Position numbers and translations under genes: made by a program | Shown here: piece after piece, positions 19,312-32,258 of the stretch | How positions within the stretch are numbered: the stretch's first letter is position 1 | Layout: the number at the start of each line of letters is the position of its first letter | Assembly (NCBI GenBank): GCA_036676985.1 | Contig: JAKFBU010000038.1 | Coordinates: forward strand, 1-64,000 | Reading direction: 5' to 3' | Origin: Candidatus Sericytochromatia bacterium | GTDB taxonomy: Bacteria > Cyanobacteriota > Sericytochromatia > S15B-MN24 > UBA4093 | DNA: 64,000 nt | The notes under the pieces: generated by a model | Database searches by the model: none | Told to the model about the DNA's origin: nothing | The model's input: the letters and a program-made list of their open reading frames with translations, nothing else

Positions 19312-20598
19312 CTACAGGGCAAGCCTCCGGACGCGGAAGGACGAGTACTCCGAGAAGTAGACGTGGCCCTGGCCGTTGATGAAGAGCCCGTCGGGCAGCC
19401 CGAGGGCGACGGAGGCCGCCGCGCTGCCGTCGTTGGCCTGGGAGTCGGCGGCCGGTTGGCCGTTGCCGGCGATGCTCGAGATGACGCCCGCCGGCGTGAT
19501 GCGCCGGATCAGGTAGTTCTCGCCGTCGGTGACGAGCAAGTTCCCGGCGGGGTCGAAGGCGGCCGTCGACGGCGAGTGCAGGGTGGCCGCCGTGGCCGCG
19601 CCCCCGTCGCCCAGGGGCCGGGTCGCGCTGCCGGGCTGGTAGCCCGCGACGGCCGGGTCGTTGGTCGGCTGACCCGTGCCCGCGAAGGTCGAGATGGCGC
19701 CCTGGGGCGTGACCTTGCGGATGACGTGTGCACCCGAGTCCACGATGTAGAGGTTGCCGTGCGAGTCGAAGGTGAGCCAGTTGGGGGACGTCAGGCGGGC
19801 GCTCTTGGCCGAGCCGCCGTCGCCGTCGTTGCCGGCCTCCCCGGTGCCCGCCACGATGGTGAGCGTCCCGTTCCCCTCCACGCGGACGACCCGGTGCCCT
19901 TCGTACTCGGCGATGTAGAGGCGGCCTTCCTGGTCGTAGGCCAGCCCCTCCGGGCTCTGGAGGTTGGCGTCCTTGGCGGGCACGCCGTCGACCACGTCCA
20001 GCTCGCCGCCGCCTGCCACGCGATGGAGGATGCCGTCGGCGTCAATCCGGCGAACCTTCCCCTTGTAGTCGAACCCGAGGCCCGGCCCGTACTCCGAGAA
20101 GACGAGCTGCCCCTGCGGGTTGAAGACGATGCAGTAGGGCTTGGACAGCGAGGCCTCGGTGGCCGGGCCCTCGTCGCCCTCCTCGCCGGGGAACGCGGTC
20201 TTGCCCGCGATGTTGGTGATGATCCCGGCGCCGTCCACCTTGCGGATGCGGTGGGCCTTGTAGTCGGCGATGTAGAGGCTGCCGTCGGGCCCCTCGGCCA
20301 CGCCGGCCGGCGAGAAGAGGGTGGTGGAGATGGCCGGGACGTTTACGTCCGAGTCGCCCTTGGTGCCGTTGCCCGCCACCGTGAAGATCCGGAAGGCGGT
20401 AGGGGCCTGAGTGGGGGCTGCGGTCGGCGACGCGGTGGGCTGCGGCTGGATGGGAGTGGCCGTGGGGCCGGGGGTCGGCACGGGAGCCGGGCTGCCCGTC
20501 GTCCCGGGAGTGCTGGTCGGCGGGGACACATTACAGCCCACCAGGCTCATGGCCGTTATGACGGCGAGCGACCAACCAAACTGTCGTGCGTTACGCAT
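19312..20598 (-). CDS. NHL-repeat beta-propeller lipoprotein
   Basis: Lipobox LVGC, Pro/Thr linker, repeated GDGG.A..A.L.SP...GNLYI.D...IRK. Confidence 0.88.
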   Translation of the reverse strand: MRNARQFGWSLAVITAMSLVGCNVSPPTSTPGTTGSPAPVPTPGPTATPIQPQPTASPTAAPTQAPTAFRIFTVAGNGTKGDSDVNVPAISTTLFSPAGVAEGPDGSLYIADYKAHRIRKVDGAGIITNIAGKTAFPGEEGDEGPATEASLSKPYCIVFNPQGQLVFSEYGPGLGFDYKGKVRRIDADGILHRVAGGGELDVVDGVPAKDANLQSPEGLAYDQEGRLYIAEYEGHRVVRVEGNGTLTIVAGTGEAGNDGDGGSAKSARLTSPNWLTFDSHGNLYIVDSGAHVIRKVTPQGAISTFAGTGQPTNDPAVAGYQPGSATRPLGDGGAATAATLHSPSTAAFDPAGNLLVTDGENYLIRRITPAGVISSIAGNGQPAADSQANDGSAAASVALGLPDGLFINGQGHVYFSEYSSFRVRRLAL

Positions 20599-20691
20599 TG
20601 AACCCCCTAAAACGGACCAGTCAACCTGTCCGCGAGGGTATCAATTGGACGTTAATCCGGTATCTGTTTGACTTTAAGGGATTGTTTCGCC

Positions 20692-20728
20692 CCTGGAGGG
20701 CGTGTGGAGCGCTTCCACGCCCTCCAGG
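20692..20728 (-). terminator. Hairpin downstream of S8 peptidase
   Basis: CCTGGAGGGCGTG...CACGCCCTCCAGG. Confidence 0.55.
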
Positions 20729-20736
20729 AGCGGTCT

Positions 20737-22023
20737 TTAAGGGAGCAGGCTCAGGTCGATGCGCCCGTACCCGAACTTCTCGTTGCGCCCCTTGGTGCCG
20801 AGGGGGGTGACGGACCGGGCGAGTGCCGCCTTGAGGTCGTCCGGTTTCCAGTCCGGATGCTCGGCCAAGAGCACCGCGGCGGCGCCGGCGACGATGGGCG
20901 TGGCCATGCTCGTGCCGCTCATGGTCTTGTAGCCGCCGCCCGGGATGGTGGAGAGGACGTTGTCGCCGGGTGCCGAGAGGTAGACCTCCGGGCCATAGTT
21001 GGAGAAGCTCGCGAGCGACTCGATGCCGCTCTTGGCGGTGGCCGAGACCGTGAGCACGCCCGGACAGTTGCCGGGCGCGGTCACCGGACCGCCCTTGTTG
21101 CCCGCGGCGGCGATGACGAGCGCACCCTTGTCGAGGGCGTACTCGATGGCCAGGTCGAACATGGGGTTGCGCTGGGGGCTGTCGCTGCTGAAGCTGAGGT
21201 TGAGGATCTTGGCTCCGGCGTCGACCGCGTACTTGATGCCCGCGATCGCCCCGAAGTCCGTGCCGCTCACCGAGTCCATGACCTTGACGGCGAGGATCTT
21301 GGCCGTCCAGGAGACGCCCGCGATCCCCTGGCCGTTGTTGCCCGACGCGGCGATGAGCCCCGCCACGTGCGTCCCGTGGCCGTCGTGATCCATGACGTCG
21401 GTGTTGCCGTCCTTGAAGTTGTAGCCGGCGAGCACTCGCCCGCGGAGCTCGGGGTGGGTATGGTCCACGCCCGTGTCGATGACGGCCACCATGACGTTCT
21501 TGGCGTCGATGCCACGCTGCCACAGCATGCGCGCGTTGGTGACGCCGTCGCTGAAGGCCCACTGGCTCGGGAACATGGGATCGTTGGGCCGCGGAGCGCC
21601 CCACAGGGACGTGGGCACGCCCGCCGGCACCGGAGCCCGCCTGAGGTTGCGGTTGGGGGCGATGAGCGTCACGGCCGGATGATCCTTGAGGGCGGCGATC
21701 GCGTCGTCCACCGTCACCTCGTCGGGCAGGCGCAGCATGACCAGCGGGATCGAGAAGTCGAGCTCGCCCAGGACGGTGACGGGCTCCCCGTTGAACGTGG
21801 GCAGCTCGTCGAGGGTGTGTCCCGGGTGCAGGCCGACGATGAGCTGGCCGTCCGAGGCCCTGACCCCGCGCTTGAGCCCGATGGGGATCATCCTGTCCGG
21901 CGCCACCTGAGGCGGGGGTTCGACGATCCCCATTTTCTGGGGGCCGCACGCCGACGCCATGAGGGCCAATACGGCGATGGGCCAGCCCAGCCTCGGTTTT
22001 CGATGCGCTCGAGCGCGGCTCAT
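20737..22023 (-). CDS. S8 subtilisin-like serine peptidase (lipoprotein)
   Basis: DTG, HGTHVAG, SGTSMATP triad; lipobox ASAC. Confidence 0.93.
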   Translation of the reverse strand: MSRARAHRKPRLGWPIAVLALMASACGPQKMGIVEPPPQVAPDRMIPIGLKRGVRASDGQLIVGLHPGHTLDELPTFNGEPVTVLGELDFSIPLVMLRLPDEVTVDDAIAALKDHPAVTLIAPNRNLRRAPVPAGVPTSLWGAPRPNDPMFPSQWAFSDGVTNARMLWQRGIDAKNVMVAVIDTGVDHTHPELRGRVLAGYNFKDGNTDVMDHDGHGTHVAGLIAASGNNGQGIAGVSWTAKILAVKVMDSVSGTDFGAIAGIKYAVDAGAKILNLSFSSDSPQRNPMFDLAIEYALDKGALVIAAAGNKGGPVTAPGNCPGVLTVSATAKSGIESLASFSNYGPEVYLSAPGDNVLSTIPGGGYKTMSGTSMATPIVAGAAAVLLAEHPDWKPDDLKAALARSVTPLGTKGRNEKFGYGRIDLSLLP

Positions 22024-22240
22024 GGCAGCCTCCCCCTCGCATGACTCGCCCGGTCGAATACCCCTCAGTCTAGGGTTGCAGGACGAGCAAGGCTTCGGTG
22101 CGAACGCCCAACCCCCTCTCCAAACCCCACGCTTGGTCGTTTCATCGATCGGTCGGGCCTTACTCCGGACGACGCCTCGCCAGGACTTTAAATTTGTGTT
22201 AAGCTTCGTTATAGATTTCACTAAGTCGCAGGAGGTCCCC

Positions 22241-23593
22241 GTGCGTCAGACCCATCGTCGGATCGCCCAGTTCCTGGCCCTCGGAGCCATGGTCGCCCTG
22301 GTGGGCTGCGGCCTCGCCGCGCCATTGCCCGGCGTCGAATCCCTCTCGCCCGTCACGGCCCAGAAGCGGGATGCCCGCGCGCCCAAGGGCCCCTTCCTGT
22401 GGGGCGTCTCGACGGCCGGTTATCAGTGGGAAGGCTCGGAGAACAAGAGCCAGTGGGCGGCGTGGGATGCCGCGGGCAAGACCGAGGAGCGCCGGGGGAT
22501 GGCGGCAGACGGCTACCGCCGTTATGCCGAGGACCTGGATCTGACCAAGGGGCTCGGGTGCAACGCCTTCCGCACGAGCATCGAGTGGTCGCGCCTGGAG
22601 CCCGTCGAGGGCCAGTTCGATCCGGAGGCCATCCGGCACTACCGCGAGCTCCTGCTCGCCATGCGCGCCCGGGGCCTCACGCCGGTCGTGACCCTCATGC
22701 ACTTCGTCTATCCCGCCTGGCTCGACGCGCACGGCGGGTGGCAGAGCCCTCAGGCCGCCCGGTACTTCAACCGCTTCGTCGAGCGGGTGGTCAAGGAGTA
22801 CGGGGACCTCGCGGACTGGTACCTGACCTTCAATGAGCCTACGGTCTTCATCGCCGGGGGGTATCTGAGCGGAAACCTGCCGCCCGGCAAGGTCAATGAC
22901 GCCAAGGGGGCGGCTCTTGTCACCAAGAACCTGGTCTCGGCTCATAACAAGGCCTACGAGACCATCCATGCCGGCGACAAGACGGCCTACGTCTCGTTCA
23001 ACAACTACTCGGCGTCCTGGACGCTCAAGTCCGACCCGCAGGGCGCCCCCGAAGACGAGTTCCTCCGGCAGGTGCTCGGCCAGACCGAGGGTCTGCCCAA
23101 GCTGGACTACATGGCCATCGACTACTACACCCGGCTCAAGCTGCGGCTGCCGTTCCAGCTGCCGATGTGCTGGGAGTGGCCCGTGTATCCCGAGGGCTTC
23201 TACAACTCGCTGAGGTTCTACCACCGTCTGACGGGGCTGCCGATCCTCGTGGCCGAGAACGGGATGGCGACCGAGGACCTCAAGGAGCGCGCGGACGGCT
23301 GGACGCGCGAGGCCTACCTTACGGCCCACGTGGAGCAGCTGCAGCGAGCCATGAAGGACGGCATCCCGGTCCTGGGCTACATCCACTGGTCCATCACGGA
23401 CAACTACGAGTGGGGATCCTACCGGCCGCGCTTCGGGCTCTTCAGCGTCGAGTGCCGGACCGGAGACCTGCGCCGGGTGCCCACGGCGGCGGCCGAGACC
23501 TATCGGCGGGTCATCGCGGCGGGGGGAGTGACGCGCGAGAGCCTGGCCGGCGTGCGGTATCCCGGGAGCTATCGGCCCATCGTGAAACCTTAA
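22241..23593 (+). CDS. Glycoside hydrolase family 1 lipoprotein
   Basis: FLWGVSTAGYQWEG, TFNEP, AENG, DNYEW; lipobox LVGC; AGGAGG RBS before GTG. Confidence 0.92.
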   Translation: MRQTHRRIAQFLALGAMVALVGCGLAAPLPGVESLSPVTAQKRDARAPKGPFLWGVSTAGYQWEGSENKSQWAAWDAAGKTEERRGMAADGYRRYAEDLDLTKGLGCNAFRTSIEWSRLEPVEGQFDPEAIRHYRELLLAMRARGLTPVVTLMHFVYPAWLDAHGGWQSPQAARYFNRFVERVVKEYGDLADWYLTFNEPTVFIAGGYLSGNLPPGKVNDAKGAALVTKNLVSAHNKAYETIHAGDKTAYVSFNNYSASWTLKSDPQGAPEDEFLRQVLGQTEGLPKLDYMAIDYYTRLKLRLPFQLPMCWEWPVYPEGFYNSLRFYHRLTGLPILVAENGMATEDLKERADGWTREAYLTAHVEQLQRAMKDGIPVLGYIHWSITDNYEWGSYRPRFGLFSVECRTGDLRRVPTAAAETYRRVIAAGGVTRESLAGVRYPGSYRPIVKP

Positions 23594-23843
23594 AAGAAAC
23601 TACTCGAATCCCGCTGCGACAAGGTCAGGACAGCCTTTCGACCGGGGCTCGAGACGTAAGAAGGCTCGTGGGGGCACGCTCGAGGGCGTGTCCCCTACGT
23701 TTCCATGCCCGGCGAGAGGTCGCCATCTCCTGGTAGCTTCGGTATAATGATTCGACTTTTTGCGCCGTGGTCGGGCCATGGCGCGCCATACGTCGCCTCG
23801 AATCCCGGAAAAGCGCCGGGAGTAGCAGAAAGCCAGGAAGCCG

Positions 23844-24953
<1,110 letters not shown>

Positions 24954-25050
24954 GCTGCTGCCCGCCCGGCCGGTCGCCGGGCGGGTTCCGTTTTCCAGCC
25001 CTATCGTTGTCCGGGGCAAAGTCGCCCCGTATGAGGAGGAACCCCGCACT

Positions 25051-25428
25051 ATGGTCCCCCAGGATCTGAAGTTCACCAAGTCGCACGAATACGTCCGCCT
25101 CGCGGGCGATGAGGCGACCATCGGGATCACCAAGTACGCCGCCGAGCAGCTCGGCGACGTGGTCTTCGTGGAGCTCCCCGAGGTCGGCCGCACGCTCGAG
25201 AAGGGCGAGTCCTTCGGCGTCATCGAGTCGGTCAAGGCCGTCTCGGACCTCTACAGCCCCCTCTCGGGCACGGTGACGGCCGTCAACGAGGCCCTCAACG
25301 ACGACCCGGCCGCCATCAACGAGGACTCGTACGGCAACGGCTGGATCCTCAAGATCAAGCCCTCCAACCAGGCCGAGCTCGACGAGATCCTCTCGCCCGA
25401 GCAGTACCAGGCCCTCGTTGGAGCCTAG
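25051..25428 (+). CDS. gcvH: Glycine cleavage system H protein
   Basis: HEYVR, GITKYAAEQLGDVVFV, ESVKA lipoyl lysine. Confidence 0.97.
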   Translation: MVPQDLKFTKSHEYVRLAGDEATIGITKYAAEQLGDVVFVELPEVGRTLEKGESFGVIESVKAVSDLYSPLSGTVTAVNEALNDDPAAINEDSYGNGWILKIKPSNQAELDEILSPEQYQALVGA

Positions 25429-25431
25429 GCC

Positions 25432-26799
<1,368 letters not shown>

Positions 26800-26809
26800 G
26801 AGTAGGTTC

Positions 26810-28252
26810 ATGGAAGCGCTTATCTTCGAGAAGAGCACCCCGGGCCACCGCGAGGCCAAGCTGCCCGCGGCCGGTGTTGCCGAAAAGCCCCTCTCCGAGC
26901 TGTTGCCCCAGGGCATGATCCGCAAGGAAGCCCCCGGTCTGCCGGAGGTCACCGAGCTCGACGTGATGCGGCACTTCAACCGCCTCAGCCAGCTCAACTT
27001 CTCCATCGACACGAACTTCTATCCCCTGGGCTCGTGCACGATGAAGTACAACCCCAAGGTCAACGAGCTCGCCGCCCGCATGGACGGCTTCTCTGGCCTG
27101 CACCCCTATCAGCCGGTCGAGACGACCCAGGGCGCGCTCAAGCTGATGCACGACCTCGAGAAGATGCTCGCGAGCCTCACGGGCATGGAGCGGGTGACGC
27201 TCCAGCCGGCCGCGGGCGCGCACGGCGAGTTCACGGGCATCATGATGATCCGGGCCTACCACGAGGCCAAGGGCGAGCAGCGCACCAAGGTGCTCGTGCC
27301 CGACTCGGCGCACGGCACCAACCCCGCGACCGCGGCCTTGGCCGGGTACGAGGTGGTCTCGATCGCCTCCAACGAGCGCGGCCTGGTGGACGTCACCGAC
27401 CTCAAGGCCCACCTGGGTCCTGACGTGGCCTGCCTCATGATGACGAACCCCAACACCCTCGGCCTGTTCGAGGACGAGATCATGGAGATCGCCGAGGTGG
27501 TGCATGCCACCGGGGCGCTCTTGTACTACGACGGTGCGAACCTCAACGCCATCATGGGCACGGTGCGACCCGGCGACATGGGCTTCGACGTCATGCACAT
27601 GAACCTCCACAAGACCATGTCGACGCCCCACGGCGGCGGCGGCCCCGGTGCGGGCCCGGTGGCGGTGGCGAAGCGCCTCGTGCCCTTCCTGCCCACGCCG
27701 ACGGTGGAGTACGCGGACGGCCAGTACTTCCTGAGCTTCGACCGGCCTCAGTCCATCGGGCGGGTGCGGGCGTTCTTCGGGAACTTCGGCGTGCTGGTGC
27801 GCGCCTACACGTACATGCTCACCATGGGCCGGGACGGCCTGACCCAGGCGAGCCGGGACGCGGTGCTCAACGCCAACTACATCAAGGCGGGCATCAAGGA
27901 TCTGTTCGACATGCCGCACACCCAGCCCTGCATGCACGAGTTCGTGCTGTCGGGCGATCGCCAGAAGGCCCTGGGGGCCAATACCATGGCGATGGCCAAG
28001 CGCCTCTTGGACTTCGGGTTCCACGCGCCGACGATCTACTTCCCGCTGATCGTGCACGAGGCGATGATGATCGAGCCGACGGAGACGGAGTCGAAGGCGA
28101 CGCTCGACTCGTTCATCGCGACCATGCGACGGATCGCGCAGGAAGTGGAGCACGAGCCCGAGCTCGTGACGAGCGCTCCGCACACCACGCCCATCGGCAA
28201 GGTGGACGAGGTGACGGCGGCCCGCAAGCCGAATCTCTGCTGGTCTTGCTAG
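26810..28252 (+). CDS. gcvPB: Glycine dehydrogenase subunit 2
   Basis: [34 protein letters not shown]. Confidence 0.97.
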   Translation: MEALIFEKSTPGHREAKLPAAGVAEKPLSELLPQGMIRKEAPGLPEVTELDVMRHFNRLSQLNFSIDTNFYPLGSCTMKYNPKVNELAARMDGFSGLHPYQPVETTQGALKLMHDLEKMLASLTGMERVTLQPAAGAHGEFTGIMMIRAYHEAKGEQRTKVLVPDSAHGTNPATAALAGYEVVSIASNERGLVDVTDLKAHLGPDVACLMMTNPNTLGLFEDEIMEIAEVVHATGALLYYDGANLNAIMGTVRPGDMGFDVMHMNLHKTMSTPHGGGGPGAGPVAVAKRLVPFLPTPTVEYADGQYFLSFDRPQSIGRVRAFFGNFGVLVRAYTYMLTMGRDGLTQASRDAVLNANYIKAGIKDLFDMPHTQPCMHEFVLSGDRQKALGANTMAMAKRLLDFGFHAPTIYFPLIVHEAMMIEPTETESKATLDSFIATMRRIAQEVEHEPELVTSAPHTTPIGKVDEVTAARKPNLCWSC

Positions 28253-28261
28253 CCTGAATCC

Positions 28262-28293
28262 GAAGCCCCCGCACCAAACGGTGCGGGGGCTTC
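28262..28293. terminator. Hairpin between convergent gcvPB and cyclase genes
   Basis: GAAGCCCCCGCACC-aaac-GGTGCGGGGGCTTC. Confidence 0.75.
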
Positions 28294-28296
28294 GTC

Positions 28297-29355
28297 TTAC
28301 TTGTGGCCGTTCAAGAGATAGGTGGGCATGGCCCCCATCCCCTTCACCTCGACGATGCCGCGCTCCTCGAAGGTGAAGACGTCCTTCAGCCGCTCGTGCG
28401 TCGCCTCGCTCACCTGGACCCGTCCCACCACGCCGTGGGACTCCATCCGGCTCGCCAGGTTCACGGTCTCGCCCCACAGATCGTACGTGAACTTGTGCGT
28501 CCCGATGACCCCCGCCACCACCGGCCCTACGTGGATGCCGACTCGCACGCGCAGATCGCGGTCGTACTTCTTCCGGAAGATCGCCAGCGTGTCGACCATG
28601 GCGAGGCCCATGCGGGCGATCGCCTCCGCATGCCCCTCGCGCGGCACGGGCAGTCCGCCCGCCACCATGTAGGCGTCCCCGATGGTCTTGATCTTCTCGA
28701 GGCCGTGGTACTCCGCCAGCTGGTCGAAGGCCGAGAAGACGTCGTTCATGACGTGCACGAGGTCGCTCGGCGCGAGGTCCGCGGAGAGCCGCGAAAAGCC
28801 GACCAGGTCCGCGAACAGCACGGAGACGTCCGGGAAGCTGTCGGCGATGGTCCGCTGGCCGTTCTTGAGGCGCGTGGCGATCGCCATGGGCAGGACGTTG
28901 AGCAGCAGGCGCTCGGAGTTCGCCTGCTCGGTCTCGAGCTTCTCGAGGTACGCCTTTTCGATGTCGGCGAAGCGCTTCTTGTGCAGGGATGCCCCGATGC
29001 GGGCCCGCAAGAGCACCCGGTCGAACGGCTTGGGAAGGAAGTCCTCGGCGCCAGACTCGATGCAGCGCACCGCATTGGCCTGTTCCTCGTCGGCCGAGAG
29101 CACGATGACCGGAAGGTGGCGCAGGCCCGGGTCGGCCTTGATCCGGATCAGGGTTTCGTAGCCGTTCAACTCGGGCATCACCAGGTCGAGCAGCATCAGG
29201 TCGAAGTCCCGGGATTGCAAGACCTCGAGCGCCTCCCGGCCGTTCTCGGCCTCCGTGACGGCGTGGCCGTCCTGCTCCAGCTGGCGGCACAGCATGGTGC
29301 GAATCAGCTTGCTGTCGTCCACGACGAGGATTTTGCCAGCGGGGCCGGACGTCAT
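28297..29355 (-). CDS. Response regulator-class III adenylate/guanylate cyclase
   Basis: Receiver domain plus FADLVGF, KIKTIGDAYM, YDLWGETVNLASRMES. Confidence 0.93.
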   Translation of the reverse strand: MTSGPAGKILVVDDSKLIRTMLCRQLEQDGHAVTEAENGREALEVLQSRDFDLMLLDLVMPELNGYETLIRIKADPGLRHLPVIVLSADEEQANAVRCIESGAEDFLPKPFDRVLLRARIGASLHKKRFADIEKAYLEKLETEQANSERLLLNVLPMAIATRLKNGQRTIADSFPDVSVLFADLVGFSRLSADLAPSDLVHVMNDVFSAFDQLAEYHGLEKIKTIGDAYMVAGGLPVPREGHAEAIARMGLAMVDTLAIFRKKYDRDLRVRVGIHVGPVVAGVIGTHKFTYDLWGETVNLASRMESHGVVGRVQVSEATHERLKDVFTFEERGIVEVKGMGAMPTYLLNGHK

Positions 29356-29541
29356 CGGGGTCTCCTACGCGAGTAAGGCAAAAGCTACATCTTGAGTTTA
29401 TACCCCGGTCAAGCAATCAAGCGTGAGGCCGGACGAGGTTTAGCGTGAGGAACGTCTCAGGATTCGGCCGCTCCCCCGTCACGCTCGACTATGTTACGCT
29501 GGCTTCATTAAGCTCGATAGCTGTTCGAAGGGAGCTGGCCC

Positions 29542-30327
29542 ATGATCCATCGCTGCCTGATCGCCGCCGTGCTGTTGCTGTCGACGCCCAGCTACGCCTG
29601 GGCCGGGGACCCGTTCGCGCAGGCCGAGGCCTTGCGGCGGGAGCACCGCTACGAGGCGGCCGAGCAGGCCCTGGGGGCGGTTCTGAGGCGATCGCCCGAC
29701 CACCGGGAGGCCAACCTCCAGATGGGCGCCCTGAAGCAGTACCTCGGCGATTCCAAGGCGGCCCTTCCGTACTATCAGCGTGCGGCAAGCACGCGTCCGA
29801 CGGATCTGGAGGCCCAGGCCAGCCTGGTGCATGCCTTCCTCGCGGCAGGGCGACTGGATGAGGCTGAGCGGCTGGCCGAGAAGACGATCGCCGACTGGGA
29901 GGATCGGAACCCCGACAAGGCGCAGATGGCCAAGGTCCTGGTGGGCATCGCCGCTGTGAAGGGCCTCCGGATCAAGCGCGAGGGGATCTGGGCCGCGCTC
30001 AAACATGGGTTGGCGGTCCGCAGCATCCTGGAAAAGGCGTATGCCTATGATCCCGAGGGGGTCATGCCCCTCTACGCCCTCGCTCGGTACCATCTCGAGG
30101 CCCCCGCGGTGGTGGGCGGCGATGCCAAGAGGGGGCTGGAGATGCTGCGTCGGGTCATCCGGCGGGCCCCCGAGGATCATGCGGCGCGCGCCTATTTACT
30201 GCAGTACCTGACGGATCAAGGGGCGATCAGCGAGGCGCGTACGGAGCTTGCCGCCTATCGGAAAGCCTTCGAAGCCGTGCCGGGCGCCATGGAGGCCGTT
30301 CGGACCCTCATGGCGAAGCTCCAATAG
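29542..30327 (+). CDS. Secreted TPR-repeat protein
   Basis: Signal peptide ending AWA; helical TPR-like repeats. Confidence 0.75.
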   Translation: MIHRCLIAAVLLLSTPSYAWAGDPFAQAEALRREHRYEAAEQALGAVLRRSPDHREANLQMGALKQYLGDSKAALPYYQRAASTRPTDLEAQASLVHAFLAAGRLDEAERLAEKTIADWEDRNPDKAQMAKVLVGIAAVKGLRIKREGIWAALKHGLAVRSILEKAYAYDPEGVMPLYALARYHLEAPAVVGGDAKRGLEMLRRVIRRAPEDHAARAYLLQYLTDQGAISEARTELAAYRKAFEAVPGAMEAVRTLMAKLQ

Positions 30328-30328
30328 C

Positions 30329-30360
30329 GAAGGGCCGCCGGCACGTGCCGGCGGCCCTTC
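30329..30360. terminator. Perfect 32-bp palindrome between convergent genes
   Basis: GAAGGGCCGCCGGCAC|GTGCCGGCGGCCCTTC. Confidence 0.65.
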
Positions 30361-30372
30361 GGTTCTTGATCC

Positions 30373-32178
30373 CTACCGGAACAAGCCCTTCTTGCCGACG
30401 TAGGTCGACTCCTTACCCTGGAAGGCGCCCTTGACGGCCGTGATGACCTCATCCTTGACCTTGGCACGGTACAGGGCGCGCATGACCATTTCCATGCTCT
30501 CGTTGGAGCGGGCCAGGCGCTGGGCGAGGATGGTCGACAGCTTGATACCGAACTCGGGATCCTCCTCGAAGAGCCGTTTGGCGTCCGGGAACACCAGGAA
30601 CTTGCAGGAGGTGACCGCCTTGACGGTCGCCGTGCGGGGCAGGCGCAACAGGGCGCCGATCTCGCCGAGGTAAGCGCCGGCCGCGGTCTCGGCATTGAGG
30701 GTGGCGACCTTGTCGCCGCCGACGTACACGTCGACGATGCCTTCCATGAGCATGAACAGCTCGTAGGTGAGCTCGCCTTCCCGGAAGATCGACTGTCCGA
30801 CGCGGTACTCCCAGATCTCGGGGGCTTTGCTGGTCTTGGGGGCCAGGGTCATGTCCATCCCGGACTCGGGCACTTCCTTGAGCAGGCCGGCGTTCGGATC
30901 GGGCTGCGCCTGCCGCGAGCTCGCGAGGCGCTGCTTCATCGCGGCGAGGGCCGAACTCACGTCCTTGGCCACCGGAGGCGCCTCATGCGTAGGCACGGCG
31001 TCTCCCGTGTAGATGGGGGCCCGCGAGTTCGACGGCGGCGTCATGGGCTCATACTGGCTCAAGTCGATGACTCCTGGCTGCCCGGGCTCATTGTACGCGG
31101 GCACCGGTGGGGGGCTCGGGGGCTGGTAGTTGACGGCCGGCGGCATCGGACGGCTCTGGCCCTCGAAGGCAGAGGGCATCCCCTGAGCGCTCGGAGCCTC
31201 GTAGGCCGGAGGCGCTGGAGGCACCACTCGCTCCGCGTAGCCGGGCGGCGGCGGGGGCGGCTGGTAGCCGGGAGGCGGCGGCGGAGGGCTCGGACGGTCG
31301 GAGGCGGAGACGGGGGGCGGCACGGGGCGGCTCGGTGGCTCCGCGGCCTGACGGGCGGGCTCGTAGGCGGGCGGGAACGGGGGCGGTGCCGGGGGCTCCG
31401 CTGCGGCGCGCACCGGCATGGCGGGAACCCCCATGGGCGGCATCTTGGGCGTGGGGGCCGCCTCGGCGGCGGCCGCCAGTCGCTTGAAGAATGGCGAATC
31501 GATCTCGCCCTCCTCGAAGAGGAAGCCCGCACCGGTCAACTCGGGCTTCGGATCCTCCGCCACGGGCTCGGGTGCCGGGGGCTCGGGGGCCTGCTGGAAC
31601 AGCGGCGATTCGAGAGGTTCATCGTCGAGCGAGAAGGGCAGGGCCGGGATTTTGGACTCCGCTTCGAGTGAGAAGCTCGCGGGCTGGGCTGCCGCGGGCT
31701 CGTCGTCCTCCAGCGAGAACGGCAGCGCGGGGATCTTGGACTCGTCTCCCAGCGTGAAGTGCGCGGGCTGGGCTGCCACGGGCTCGTCGTCCTCCAGCGA
31801 GAACGGAAGCGCGGGGATCTTGGACTCGTCGCCCAGCGTGAAGTGCGCGGGCTCGGACTCTTCTGCCGGCGCGTCTGCCAGGGAGAAGGGGTCCACGACA
31901 TCATCGCCCAGCGTGAAGTGAGCGGGCGCGGGCGCTTCCGCGGGGTCATCGTCGAGGGAAAAGGGCAGAGCCGGGACATTCGGCTCGTCGTCCAGCGAGA
32001 ACGGCAGCGCGGGGATGGCGGGTTCCGACTCCATGGCGAACGGCATGCCGCCAGAGGCGTCGTCGTTCAGGGAGAAGGGCAAGGGCGATGCCTGTGAGGA
32101 AGGCGCGAACGGCAGTTCCGAAAGGTTGCCGTCGTCTTGGGGTAGCCCACCTGCCTCGAAGGGCAACTTTTCACTCAC
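30373..32178 (-). CDS. Cyclic-nucleotide-binding domain protein with long acidic/Pro-rich repeat N-terminus
   Basis: C-terminal IFREGE...LGEIGALLRLPRTATVKA CNB motif; repeated LPFSLxDD. Confidence 0.8.
   Translation of the reverse strand: MSEKLPFEAGGLPQDDGNLSELPFAPSSQASPLPFSLNDDASGGMPFAMESEPAIPALPFSLDDEPNVPALPFSLDDDPAEAPAPAHFTLGDDVVDPFSLADAPAEESEPAHFTLGDESKIPALPFSLEDDEPVAAQPAHFTLGDESKIPALPFSLEDDEPAAAQPASFSLEAESKIPALPFSLDDEPLESPLFQQAPEPPAPEPVAEDPKPELTGAGFLFEEGEIDSPFFKRLAAAAEAAPTPKMPPMGVPAMPVRAAAEPPAPPPFPPAYEPARQAAEPPSRPVPPPVSASDRPSPPPPPPGYQPPPPPPGYAERVVPPAPPAYEAPSAQGMPSAFEGQSRPMPPAVNYQPPSPPPVPAYNEPGQPGVIDLSQYEPMTPPSNSRAPIYTGDAVPTHEAPPVAKDVSSALAAMKQRLASSRQAQPDPNAGLLKEVPESGMDMTLAPKTSKAPEIWEYRVGQSIFREGELTYELFMLMEGIVDVYVGGDKVATLNAETAAGAYLGEIGALLRLPRTATVKAVTSCKFLVFPDAKRLFEEDPEFGIKLSTILAQRLARSNESMEMVMRALYRAKVKDEVITAVKGAFQGKESTYVGKKGLFR
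31679..31846 (-). repeat. Two near-identical 84-bp (28-codon) tandem repeats inside the CDS
   Basis: AHFTLGDESKIPALPFSLEDDEP[V/A]AAQP twice, with degenerate flanking copies. Confidence 0.85.
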
Positions 32179-32258
32179 GGATTACTCTCCAATTCAGGGC
32201 GATGCCGTCGCGAAGTCAAGCGACCGCATTCTTATACCCTGAACAACCAGCGGTAATC

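Noticed and set aside
23594-23843. Glycine riboswitch upstream of gcvT
   Set aside because: I could not find the conserved GGAGA...CCGAAG...CTCTCAGG aptamer elements; only a hairpin near 23671-23695 and a TATAAT-like box.
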